In this document: positions 10,618 through 22,390 of the stretch, piece after piece | Layout of the letters: each line of letters starts with the position of its first letter | Numbering within the stretch: the stretch's first letter is position 1 | NCBI GenBank assembly: GCA_907165135.1 | Contig: OU015567.1 | Location: 744,001-808,000, forward strand | DNA length: 64,000 bases | Origin: Oikopleura dioica | Lineage: Eukaryota > Animalia > Chordata | Reading direction: 5' to 3' | Translations under genes and position numbers: made by a program | The notes under the pieces: generated by a model | The model's database searches: none | Told to the model about the DNA's origin: nothing | The model's input: only the letters and a program-made list of their open reading frames with translations

Positions 10618-12662
10618 ATGAAAAATGTATACAGAACGACTGGTTCTGTGCCATTGCCAGAGAGAGCCGACCGGAACCGCCCGTTTCAATTTGTTCCTCA
10701 ATCATCTGCCTCGTTGATTCAAAAAGCTTACGAGAAAAAACAGCGCATTCATGGCAACACAATCAAAAGAGAGCAAATTCTCAATGATGGACTTCGAAAA
10801 CAGTTGGAAGAACAAGTTCCAGTGATGAATCATGAAATCAACGAAGAGAACCAGTACCAAACGCCTCATGTGCATTTTCCGGAGTATGATACCAATCACG
10901 AATACCAAAATCTTCCGATGATTTTGGACTCCGAGAAGTCTTCAATGATTACTCCACCTCCAGGTTAGATAGAATTTTGGCGATCAAGGGAGTTTTGCAA
11001 ATGAAGATTTGAAAAACTATTTCTGGGGTGGCGTCAGGAACCGACAAAAAAATTTCAACAAATTTTGCGTGGGCGGCTACTCGGCTGCTGATTGGCCGGT
11101 TTGCCGAATCCAGGCTTCTGATTGGTTAAAAATTAACACGCAAAATTTGTCGAAATTTTTGTCGATTCCAGACACCTCCCCTATTTCTACGTAAAATCTC
11201 TTTTTTCAAAGTTTAACTGCCATTCTAGCATTCCATATCAATCAAGAATATTTGAGCCCAAATCAAGGACCTCCATCACCAGACCCTGAGCTTGAAGAAC
11301 TCAAAGCTCTTCTTCTTTCGAAGAAAAGACGACTTCAAGATGCCGAAACCCTCCTCGGCGAAGCGGAAGAACTCATCATTACTAGGTCTCTTTTTCAACG
11401 AAACACTCCTTTACGTTCTTTTTTAGGGATCGGCAAAAGACCAAGATCGAAAATCTCAACTTGACGTACAAGGAAATCGAAAATGCGAAGAAGAATCTCG
11501 ATGGAATTCGAAATATGACTTTGACGGTGAAAAAGGAGCGGCTCGACGCGCAGCTTGAGAACGAAGAACTCGCTGAATATTACAACTCTTTGGTTGACAA
11601 GAAATATGAAGCGGATAAGAAGATCAAGACATTGAGAAGAGCAACTGTGGCGGGGCCGGAAATGACAGAAGATACGGAGTCTGAGTTCAAGAAGCTTTTA
11701 AAAGAGAGAAAAGTGAGCTTTCTTTTATTAATTTTGGGAAACCATAAACATAGCTTTTGGCGGTCAAAATAAGGTTTTTTGGTGTAGAAAACCATGAAAA
11801 AACATAGTGATTGAAATCGTTTGGTGTCTTTCAATTCGTTGAACTTAAATTCCTAGGCAGAAAATGAAAAACTTCGCGAACGAATAAACCGCCGAAAAAA
11901 GGAGCTCACCCGTCGAAACCACAAGCTCGAAATCGCGAAGCAACAAAACGAAACTGCTCATAAGACGCACGACGAAATCAAGGACCAAGATGCGAAAATT
12001 ACCGCTGAGAAAACCGAGCAGATCCGAAAACTTGAGAATGAAGCAAACGCGCTGAGAACAAAAATTGATGGAATTGTGAACAATGATCAGGCGTTGATCA
12101 ATTTGAACACGAGAAAAGCGCAGTTGGAAGAAAATCATCGAGTCTTGATGGGAAGATTTGAGGAGGCTAATAAAGCCATCGGTAGGTCCATTTTTAAAAA
12201 ATATTATTCAGGAAAAGTTCAGATAAGCGACTGGAAGAAGGACCAAAAGTCGTCATCAATGATCCTTATTATAATGTGAGTGGGTAAATAACAACCTTTT
12301 TACTCTTACTCTCTTATGATATTCGATCGACCTTCCTTTAGAAATTCAATATTGATATTCAGAAATCTAATAATTATCCTTTTTTATATTCTTATCTAGA
12401 ATCTTCGGTTGCAAAAACAACTCAAAGACAAAGAAATCGCCAAGCTGGAAAAAGCAAAGCGGGAAATCAAATGGAAGGTAAGCCATTTTCTATCTCCTTT
12501 TACTCGTCAAATTTCTAGTACCACCAAGTTTGGTGCCAACTCAACGACGTGGACGAGTCGGATGATGAGCAAGATGTCGCCGTTGATCCTTCCGTCCTCA
12601 TTGTTCCGGAATCCGTCGCTTCTCATCGCCTCGGCTCATTCAAATCTACCGCCCGATTTTGA
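10618..12662 (+). CDS. Multi-exon coiled-coil protein of unknown function
   Basis: Successive ORF segments (10570-10968, 11252-, 11461-, ~11861-, 12076-, 12409-) rich in E/K/L heptads and flanked by GT/AG signals; final exon YHQVWCQLNDVDESDDEQ...TARF*. Confidence 0.65.
11025..11181. mobile_element. CCAAT-containing MITE (GGGG...CCCC termini) with TATTTCT TSD, intronic
   Basis: Long imperfect TIRs (...CGACAAAAA...ACAAATTTTGCGTG); TATTTCT at 11018-11024 and 11182-11188; further copies at 29915, 49189 and 55257. Confidence 0.8.
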
Positions 12663-12871
12663 TGCTCTCGAAATGACATTGATTGAATCAACCCTTCTTT
12701 GAACCTAACGACCTTTCGATCCCTTCCACTAACAAATTGTTCTTTCCTGTGACGTTTGTTTTTCTTTAAACAATAAAAACAGGCAAATATAGAAGGATGT
12801 TGACTGTTTACTGAACTCATCCGCTCATTCTTCTTTCTCAAAAAAGGGTTGTAATTTTTCAAAAAAAAAAA

Positions 12872-13453
12872 ATGAGAGTTATCGCGTTTTCGTTGCTTTT
12901 CGCTGCTTATGCCCGGGTTATTCGAGAAATTGAAGGGTCAGGAGAAGAGCAGGAAGCTAGAGTTTCCTACCATTCAAAGATACACATTAAAACTCCAGGT
13001 GAAATTCTAGTGATAAAAATCGAGGATGAATACAAGGCATGAATTCTAGAGCAGATTAACGCCGCATTCATGCAATCTTTGGAGCGAACTAGAATCAACC
13101 ACGAGCGTCTTATGGGTACGATAAGCTCAGATTTTCTCATGTTAATCCTTTATTGTAGCGAAAACGAGAACGGATTATGAAAAGTTTCAGGAAAAGATGA
13201 AAAATCTCCGAAGCAACGAAAGTGTTAAAGGTACTTGTTTCCTAGGCACGAAAATCTAATTTGAAATCAAGCGATTGAAGAAGGAATCAAGGCAGATCTC
13301 AAAACCGGTCTTAGGACAGCCCAAGAGAAGATGCAAATCGAGTCTGAGGGCCTCGAACCGTCAAATCCTTTCGAACCGATTGCTAGAACCGGAATTGACC
13401 TTTTCTCTGGACTGATTGACGACGTTATCGTCTCGATCAATAGAGATGATTGA
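12872..13453 (+). CDS. Small secreted orphan protein (multi-exon)
   Basis: Signal-like MRVIAFSLLFAAYARVIREIE; last exon AIEEGIKADLK...DDVIVSINRDD*. Internal exon boundaries not fully resolved. Confidence 0.5.
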
Positions 13454-13610
13454 AGAACTGCTACCGACTGTCTACTCTCTTTTAGTTTAGTTCTGGCTTC
13501 CTCGAAATACAATGTTACTCGGAAAAACTTCTCAAATAGTCATAAAATCAATGCTTCGATAAAGAATGTTCTTCTGCAATATGGAACCGTAAACGAGGAG
13601 AATTCGGAAC

Positions 13611-13811
13611 CCTAGGCCCAGGCATATAAATTCGCTTGGCGATTTTCGCCAAAAGCGAGTTTCGCGAAGCGAAAGCGAATCGAAAATTTCGCTTTCGCCC
13701 CCCGAAAATGACACTCATGATGTTCGCTTCGCTTTCGCTTTTTGTCCCCGATTTTCGCCAAAAATTCGCTTTCGCCGAGGCCTCGCTTTCGCCAAATTTT
13801 CGCCTAGGCCT
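13611..13811. repeat. TTCGC/GCGAA-rich element bounded by CCTAGGCC copies; probable MITE
   Basis: Many TTCGC and GCGAA units; CCTAGGCC at 13611 and 13803; imperfect inverted AGGCC(C/T)AGGC ends. Confidence 0.4.
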
Positions 13812-13977
13812 TCGGAAATATTTGCTTTGGCCAATTTGAATTTCGCGCCCTCGCCCAATGAGATTCAGTGAAAAGTTCGCAGAGAAAGAGAAGTTTACGA
13901 AGTCCTGAATTTGTTCTTTTTTAGTTTAGTCTGTTTATTTGCTGCAGATCGTTTTCTTTCCGTTTTAGTTCAGAGAA

Positions 13978-14916
13978 ATGGCGAGTAAACTCTTTCGACC
14001 GGGCTATTTCGCTGGAAAGGTGAACATCGTTACCGGCGGTGGCAGTGGAATCGGGCTCGGCATCGCCGAAGGTCTTGTTGAACTCGGATCCAAAGTCGTT
14101 ATCGCCTCTAGAAATCCAGAACGCATCGAAGAAGCGACTCAACTTCTATGTAAGGTCCATTCTTTTGATTCGAATTAAATTTTCTCCAATAGCCGCGAAA
14201 TGCCAGGACGGAGGAGAAGTGCTCGGTCTCCAGTGCAATATCCGCTCCCGCGACAGCGTGAAACAAATGATCTCCGACACTCTCGATCATTTCGGCCGTC
14301 TAGACGGGCTGGTCAACAATGGCGGCGGCCAATTCCACTCTCCTGCTGAAAATATTTCGCCGAATGGATTCCACGCCGTCGTGGAAACGAATTTGTATGG
14401 AACTTATCACTGTATGATGGAAGCGTTCGAGCAGCATATGAAGGAGAATGGAGGAAAGATTGTCAACATCGTCACGATTAACAGAATGGGAATGGCCGGC
14501 ATGGCGCACTCTGGTGCGGCCAGAGCCGGTGTCAAGAATCTTTCAATGTCTCTAGGTAAGGAGAAGTGCTCAGCTTTCCTTTTTATATATTCCCCTCCTT
14601 TTTAGGAGCCGAATGGGCAAAATACGGAATCGTCATCAACAACGTCGCCCCGGGAACCATCCATTCCGACACAGCTCAAGCCAATTACGGCCCTCTCGGA
14701 GAACTACTCTTCGACGGTGCGGTACAGACGATTCCGATGGGACGTTTGGGAAGCACGACAGATGATTTGGCGCCGTCAGTGATTTTCATGCTTTCTGAGG
14801 GGGCGAAATACACGACTGGGCAGACGCTAGATGTTTGTGGCGGACAGAGCTTGCACAATAACTACAGACAGGGGCTTGTCTTGCTGGAGGAGTTCCTGAA
14901 GAAGCAACAGTCGTGA
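13978..14916 (+). CDS. PECR: Trans-2-enoyl-CoA reductase (PECR-like SDR), copy 1
   Basis: TGGGSGIG, VVIASR, CNIR, NNGGGQF, ETNLYGT, HSGAARAGV, EWA..GI.IN.VAPG.I and TGQ..DV.GG all match human PECR motifs. Introns 14150-14192 and 14556-14605. Confidence 0.9.
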
Positions 14917-15010
14917 AAGAAGAAAGATCTGTCGTTCAACTTTTTAGAGAAAATCTCGTTCTGATTCAAGCCTGATTCATAAATTATTTATTCCTAACTG
15001 TCTAAAGTTT

Positions 15011-15021
15011 CAATTCTTCAG
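15011..15021 (+). promoter_or_regulatory. Probable trans-splice acceptor upstream of PECR copy 2 (operon-like arrangement)
   Basis: TTCTTCAG ends 1 nt before the ATG at 15023; only 106 nt separate it from the copy 1 stop codon. Confidence 0.5.
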
Positions 15022-15022
15022 A

Positions 15023-15999
15023 ATGAACAAGGTCTTCTCCCCCGCTCTTTTCGCCGGCCGAGTTAATATCGTCACTGGTGGCGGGACCGGAATTGGCTTT
15101 GGAATCGCAAAGGGACTTCTTCAATCTGGCAGTAATGTGGTCATCGCTTCTCGATCGAAAGAAAAGATTGAAAACGCGGCGAAAGAATTGAAGGAATACT
15201 CGACGAACGGGGCAGAGATTCTAGGGCTCAGCTGCGATATTCGAAATAGAGAGAACTGCGCGGAAATGGTAGAAGAAACTATCAAGCATTTCGGTCGGCT
15301 GGGTAAGAATTCTGCTGACTTAGTGTCTCTTTCTATTTCTTTCTTAGATGGATTGTGTAACAACGGGGGCGGACAATTCCAAGCCAAAGCTCATACAATT
15401 TCTGAAAACGGATTCGACGCTGTTGTGAAGACGAATCTCTACGGCCCGTGGAATATGATGCAGGAAGCGTATGATCAATACATGAGCGAGAATGGAGGCC
15501 ATATTGTCAACATCGTGACGACGAATCGAACTGGAATGGCTGGATTGAGCCATACTTCTGCTGCTCGAGCTGGGGTCAAGTCGCTTTCTCAAAGCATAGG
15601 TAGATCTACACTCCTGAACGATTGAATCGAGCACTTCTAGGTCTGGAATGGGCGAGAAAAGGAATAACAATCAACAACATCGGCCCTGGTGTCGTTACTT
15701 CACCGACGGCCATGGCAAACTACGGTCCTCTTGGAGAAATGATGTTTGGCAACACAGAGAAGATCATTCCAGCTGGAATGCTCGGCCAAGTTGATGAGCA
15801 TCTCGTCGCTCCGACCATGTTCTTTCTTTCTCCTGCTTGTAAATATGTTACAGGTGCGTCTTACTGAAAGTTTCCCTCCTCTAGCAGAATTTCAGGCCAA
15901 ACGATAGATGTCTGCGGAGGACTTTCTTTGTTCAACAATCATGCCTTGCAATACATGGAAATAACTGGACAACTGGATGCTGACGAAGCCACTGATTAA
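15023..15999 (+). CDS. PECR: Trans-2-enoyl-CoA reductase (PECR-like SDR), copy 2
   Basis: Same PECR motifs; introns 15303-15347, 15600-15640 and 15854-15895; ends ...GQLDADEATD*. Confidence 0.9.
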
Positions 16000-16257
16000 A
16001 ACACCCAGCTTATTTATGCCAATTTACTCTTCAATTCACTCTGATAAATTCGAGTTTTGTAAAAATAAATAATTTATTTTCGATTATACGACCAGAAAAA
16101 TGCTTTTTTCGAGGATTTTATTTGTGTGAAGACAGCAGGTTGGCGATTCATTTCCCGAATCATTTAAACCCCAGAGGGAAAAGTTTTCTTGAAGGATTTC
16201 GATTGTTTTGAACTAATTTAACGTCTCCAAAAATTGAACTATAAGAATTTATAAGAA

Positions 16258-17646
16258 CTAGAAGAATGTGGACGTTTTCCTTAAAAAATGATCGTAGCTT
16301 CCAAAATGGAGTTCAGGTTTGTAGCCAAACTCTTTCATCAACGGCGCCATCTTCTCAACATTGTCAAGTTCTTCATCTGAGACTTTGCCCTCCCAACTGC
16401 TCAACGCTAGAACCAATTTATAAAATGTCAGATTGGCAAATATCAGTGCCAAAAAGCTCTTTCTCAGCTCGTTTATCGAAAAAGAATGAAAAGCAAACCT
16501 GAAGTATAAGTTGCTTTGACAACTTGATCAGTACTTCTTTCCATGTTTGAAAGGCTTATGTCCGTGCCGATGTGCTCTTCGTGATGGATCAAGGCGTCGT
16601 TCCATTTCAGTCCGAGAAACTTGACTAAACTCACTGTTAACTTCAAGAATGACGCTGGAATTTTACCAATTTTTCGAAGAACCGGTTCTTTTTCCAAAAC
16701 CAAGTGTTCGTAATGAACGGGCATGCAGAACTTCGGCCCCAGATCCTGACATTGTTTCCACATTTTTTGATGCTCAATGTCCCACTTGTGAACGAGATCT
16801 GTAAAGTTTTTGATGTCGTAGCCACTGATTGTGACTTCTCTCGAGAAAATCGAATGGGCAACTGAGCGGGCATCTCGAATCATATAAATGAATTTGCTGT
16901 TCGGGTACCAGCCGCTCAGCTCGGACATGAATTTCAAAGCAAAGGGGTCCTTGTTGCAGAGTCGTCTCGACACGGGCCCGTGTTTTTCGATGACTTGAAG
17001 GATAAATCGCTTCGTGACGTCGTCAACTGCTTCTTTGCTCTCTCCGAAAAGTCCGTTTGCGGAAGAAAACTCTCCTATAAATACTTTTTATTTTTTAAAG
17101 ATTTTCATTGCCAACCGTCGTAAAATACTATTTGCATATCTTTGCGGGCCTCCAACATCCTCGGAACAACTCTTGTTTCTTCGCCACATCTCACATCCGG
17201 ATGAACATCTTTCAAAAGAGACTGTAAATTCAATAAAGAAATATCTTCTTACCCAAAATGGCTCGCATCAAAGTCGTCCCAGATCGAGGCATTCCGCCCA
17301 CCCAAATGATCGGATGTTGATCGTCGACTCGAGGCCATTCGATTTTCTTGTACTTTTTGGCAGTGCAGTTTCCAGACCGGCAAGGTTCCTGCTGAACTCG
17401 TACTTTTTTGATTTCCGCATCGGTAAGATCCTCGATGTTTTTCAGACGAATTGGTCCTTTTTTGAATGGTGATTTTGAGCAGCCATTATTTGAGAAATCT
17501 TAGAAGAAAATGTAACTGCATGAATTTATCTTGAGGAAAATAAACTTACTTTTGCCGAGATAATACGCAAAGAGAAGGCTCAAAAAATAATTAAATAATG
17601 ACGCGATTCGCGATCTGCCTCTTATCCGAATGCACTCCGACGACAT
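16258..17646 (-). CDS. TPST: Tyrosylprotein sulfotransferase
   Basis: Type II anchor exon (MSECIR...FLSLLFAYYLG), then IIWVGGMPRSGTTLMRAIL, LCNKDPFALK, MIRDARSVAHS, HYEHLVL, HHEEHIG, ERSTDQVVK and MAPLMKEFGY, all TPST family motifs. Confidence 0.95.
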
Positions 17647-18922
17647 TCTCTTTTTGCCGCTGGATTCTATCCGGTAAAGTCAGGTTGAAAAAATTGTTAC
17701 CGTAGAATATGCCCTTAGCGAATTTCTATTGCTTGTCTATTTTCTATTATTTTCGGTAGCAAGAGCCCCGGGCACTATCAAAGATACGCTTTCGATCGTA
17801 CACGCATCTCTTAAATTTTGAGCATCACGCAGAAGAAATTTTAACGAGGAGATTTTGATAAACAAAAGTTCATTTCATTTAGCACTGCTTAATTTTAGCA
17901 GCAGAAAATAAGGAGGGAAATAGGGGAAAAAGAGGATTTCGAAGAGGGAAAGAGTGTTACTTTGGAGTAGACTTTTTGTGCTTGTAATTGGAGTAAGCGG
18001 AAAGAGTGTCACGGAAAGAGCAGCAGATTCAGAAGCTTTAATAAAAAGCCGCATCGTGGCTTTTTTTAATTACAAATGTATAATTCGGAATTTCGAATCT
18101 CCATTTTTTTACACTTTTGTCTTGAGACTTTCAGACATGGATTCAGATTTTGATTGGGTTATATAATATATCGAAATGAGCATGACCAGGACGAGGTCTA
18201 TCAAATTTACCTTTGGAAGGAAAAAAGAGTTTCTGATAATAATGAAATTATTAACGCCAAATTTTATTTTTTCATTTGCAATTAGCAGCTAAAAAACATA
18301 TGACACTGAGTAAAATAACATCATTAAAAAAATGAGAATTGATTTGTTGGAATCTATAAATGTATGATATACAGTGTTTATTGAATGCTAACTGGCTTAT
18401 TGTGGGCTTTTTAGATGCTTCACATGAGAAAAATTTTCGATGCTTACAACAATGTTTTAGTCAGAAAAACGTTCACAAGAATTCTACAATTTCTTTTCGC
18501 TTGATATTGTATTTCTTGTGATTTTTGTGATAAAGAAAATAGGAAATCGAATTTAACCTTGCGACGACAAACCCAAATTTCACCCGCCGACGAAAATTGT
18601 GCCATATTTGGCACATGGACTTTAACGCCATCTTTTAATAATAACCTGAATCATAACCTTGATAATCAATAACCTGCCAAAACTGGACGAAAAATGACGG
18701 GCTGAAAATCAAAGTTTCCATATTTAAGCGATGAGTCTGATTTCAGATTCTTGAAGGCGATTAAGCCATGCCGACCATGATTATTCTTGATGATAAAATT
18801 AAGCTTTTTCCGGTGGGCTCCGATTTTGATTAATTTTATGGACACTCCATCAGATTAGTGTGTTTTATTGATTTTTATAAGAAGCCGACTAATTTGAACT
18901 TTTATGGTCAGATTCTGAAATA

Positions 18923-19621
18923 CCGTGGTTTTCCATTTTAAGAGCGTTTTTTGGATGATAGGCCTCGCTCAAATCGCTCTTAGATTGGAAATTTTTCAAT
19001 CAAGGTAGGATGACAGTGGGATTTTTAATTTTTTGTGACAACCTTGCGTTCTGCAATTACAAAAAAAGATCCGATGTTTTCTGGACGATTTCATCGTCGA
19101 TGATGATCATCTGAACATCAACGAAGAAGATCTAGTGATTCACTAGTAGTGAACAAAGCGAACGAAATCTTCATGAACATAAATCCAACAATCTTCAAGC
19201 GCTCTTGGATCAATACTGGGCTGATCAAGGAGGAAGAATTCGAAGGAGCTGTTGAAGATTTTGAAGACTTGGATGTTTTGGAAAGTGTGCTGGAGAAAGA
19301 AGACGAGGAAGAGCTGGTCGAGCATTTTCTGGCGCTTCAAATCGATGAAACACGAGCCGCGACTCCGATGAAGATTGAACAGGAACCTCAAGTTCAAGAG
19401 ATAGAGACACTGCAAAGCCTTCGACTTCAAAATGGCCCGAAAAGCAGTCAAAGATTACAAAATTTTTTAATAAATGATTCACTGTAAGTCTGAAAATTTT
19501 TTGATTTTTAATAAAGATCTTCGAAACCGCTCTTAAACTGGAATTTTGGCGGATGACAACATTTTCAAAAAATAGGCAAAAACGCTCTTAAAGTGGGCGC
19601 TCTTAAAATGGAAAACCACGG
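18923..19621 (+). mobile_element. Internally deleted Tc1/mariner-superfamily (pogo-like) element, 24-bp perfect TIR, TA TSD
   Basis: TA|CCGTGGTTTTCCATTTTAAGAGCG...CGCTCTTAAAATGGAAAACCACGG|TA; subterminal CGCTCTTA repeats; internal ORF 19149-19487 (NINPTIFKRSWINTGLI plus acidic tail) resembles the end of pogo-type transposases. Confidence 0.8.
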
Positions 19622-19886
19622 TAGTGAGAATTTATCCGGGATTAAAATGTTGACCATCAGGGCTGGGAAATCGCCATTTAAGTTTCATCTCTGTAATGTT
19701 ACTGACAGCGCTAGGCGCCATTGGTCTGAGATGTTATTTGAGTTTTGATTTTTTCTTGTTCTCAGTTGATTTCATTTCGAATCAATTTTTAAACCGACTA
19801 TCAATATGGAAAGTGATTCGGAACTCTGGGCGACAGAATTAAACACCCCAGAGAATTTGTATTCTCGAAAATATGACCATTTTCAC

Positions 19887-19943
19887 TGGTCAATTTGGGA
19901 GTTTTCAGGGAAATTGGCCGAAAAAAACCTCCCAAATTGACCA
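19887..19943. repeat. Short hairpin or mini-MITE with 15-bp perfect inverted repeat
   Basis: TGGTCAATTTGGGAG...CTCCCAAATTGACCA. Confidence 0.5.
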
Positions 19944-20094
19944 CACCTACTGTAGGTATATTTTTCCTATAAGGCTATTATATGACATATAATATATGTA
20001 TTTGATGAATTTGAAATTTACGTTCCAAAATTGGTGAAATGCATCAATTATCATCACTACCATATAACGTCAAAAATAAAATTTCCATGTATAG

Positions 20095-20829
20095 GAACTG
20101 ATGGACACAGATCTTGAATGCGTATTCGACAACTACCCGGCTGGCTTGGGTGTTGACCACTGTCGTCTTTTTTCTTATCAGCTGGTGCGAGCGATCAATT
20201 TCATCCACACGGCGCGCATCATTCACCAAGACATCAACCCCTCCAATATTCTCGTCAACCCTGACACGCTATTTGTAAAGGTGCCAAGACCGTTAATTTT
20301 GAAGGAGAAGCGTTTTAACGCGTTCTATCTTTAGCTTGGCGACTTCGGATCGGCGAGGATTTTGGACGTTTGTTTCGGCAAGCGCTGCCTCTCCATTCCC
20401 GCTTATGCGCGGTATTATCACTCGCCTGAAGTCTTAGCTGGAACTGGCATCTATGACCTGAGGTTAGTCACACGTCACCATCTTTATCTTGAATTCTTTT
20501 GTAGCTCGGACATGTTCTCCCTTGGCTGCGTTCTGTACATTATGGCAACTGGTACGATTCCAATCAAGCACGAGTCCGGAGCTGCCCCTGACCTTCTCAA
20601 AGAATGGAAGTCTTTTAACTTCACGAAAAAAGCATCTCCCGACGCCATATTCTCCAATTTGATCGAAAAGTGCCTTTCAACCGAGCCACTTAACCGTCCA
20701 ACAGCAAGCACCCCCTGTAGCTCGTCATTTTTTGCCGAATTGAGCAACGGCGCGGTGCACCAGGTGCCCAAGTCCAAGTTTTCTGTTGAAGAGGAAGTCT
20801 TCGATTACGAACATATTTACGATGGTTAG
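20095..20829 (+). CDS. Ser/Thr kinase C-lobe (CMGC-like), HQD variant; N-lobe not found, possible pseudogene
   Basis: ELMDTDL...FSYQLVRAINFIHTARIIHQDINPSNILV...K|LGDFGSAR...YYHSPEVL...SSDMFSLGCV...EKCLSTEPLNRPTA, joined by two GT-AG introns. Confidence 0.7.
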
Positions 20830-20868
20830 CTAAATATCAAAGTTTGTATTCATGAAGCGTTGAATTAA

Positions 20869-21095
20869 GGACCCCCCCGTCAACTTTTTTCGAAAAATCG
20901 ATTTTCGGAATTTCAAAATTTTGACCCCGGAAATGGATTTTACAGGTCAAAAAACGATTTTGAGGCTTCATTTTTTGGGGGTCTATCTCGACTCTAACAC
21001 CCTCAAAATCGCGTTTGAAAATTGGACTTTTCGCGGAAAAATGACGAAAAAGTCCAAATTTTGATTTTTTTGAGAAAAAGTTGACCGGGGGGTCC
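20869..21095. mobile_element. Non-autonomous TTAA-target element with GG...CC termini (Kolobok-like)
   Basis: TTAA|GGACCCCCCCGTCAACTTTTT...AAAAAGTTGACCGGGGGGTCC|TTAA; second copy in opposite orientation at 54170-54513. Confidence 0.75.
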
Positions 21096-21483
21096 TTAAG
21101 CATTGGAATTGGCAGTGAAAGATTGTAAACCAGACATGGAACTGTCAAAATCTGGCCCAGCAAAACCGAATTCAATTCGCTCTATCGCAGATTGGTAAGA
21201 TTTTTCCATTGCTACTTCCACTGTCTCTGGTATGTCCATGCATTATTTCAGCGTCAATTATCCTTGATAGAACATGAGGCGCGCATTGCCCAGACCGATT
21301 TCGCTTTTGGAATTCAAATCCACGATTGCTCCGACAAAAAGACCGGATGTTTTACGAAGACCACGTTGCGGAATCAGGCTCTGTTTACGATCCATACAAG
21401 TGGGATCGTAAAGAGGCGCCAAAGCCGATTATAAAGTCCAACTACACGATCAGCGATTGTGGCTATTAATCTGATCCGTCGAG

Positions 21484-22045
21484 ATGAGTTTAAACTTTGA
21501 GTCTTCGAACTGCGTTTTGAATCTTTCCGATCGAGAGAAAATTACGTTTATTGGCGACATTCCTTTGAAACCAGAAGGAAACCTTCTTGCGAAGACAAAA
21601 GGGTACAAAACATTTAAAATATCGGTCGAAGTTTTCTGGTCGCCTTCGCATCCATCCTGCTTCAAGAATTTATTGTACATGAGTGCAGGAGTTCCTTATG
21701 GATAGGGTTTATATCAGAAATTGTTTCTACAAGGAAAATTATGGTATAAAACCAAATGATAGACATTTTGGGGAACGATATTTCTGTATCTGGGAGTGTC
21801 CGAAAAACTCAAATATTCACGTTGCCTACTGCGCAACTGGTGATAAACGCTGGAGTGGTTGGGATTTTCCAGCGAAAAACAACGAATGGAATAAAGTTGT
21901 TTTCTACCAAAAAAGGATGAATGACGGACAACTAATGCAGATTTTTACATTGAATGGGACAGTTGTCGCAAAAAATGAGCTAAAAGAGAGCGACGCTTGG
22001 GTTGGTGGACTTATTGTCAAAATCGGGAAGGGCGCACAAAAATAA
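21484..22045 (+). pseudogene. Frameshifted concanavalin-A/LamG-like domain gene remnant
   Basis: FKISVEVFW...KNLLYMSAGVPYG followed, after a frameshift near 21700, by DRVY...WNKVVFYQK...QIFTLNG; upstream segment contains stop codons. Confidence 0.4.
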
Positions 22046-22390
22046 AATTGTTATATGCCTATTTTTGTGTTCCCAAAATAAAGGACAAGAAGATAAACAG
22101 GGTAATCCAGAAGATATGCGACTGCGAAACTTGATTTATGAACGAGACTCTGATTCAGAGCCGTCCGAATATGTTTAAAATGCATTTTTGTACATATTTA
22201 TCTTGATCTTTTACAGAATAAAGGATGAGTCGTCAGAAAACATAGTTGATACGAGCTCAAGTGAATCTGTTAAACAAATAACAAAAGAAGCTCAGGCTCA
22301 GCTGCTGAGCACGTTTATCTTACTTAGAACACCTCCCCACCGGTTCATATGAACGTCGACACATGTAGCTTACCCAAGCGAAATTAGAGG

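Noticed and set aside
22110-22350. Two exon-like acidic segments flanking a GT-AG intron
   Set aside because: Splice phases are incompatible and give an immediate stop; at most a gene fragment.
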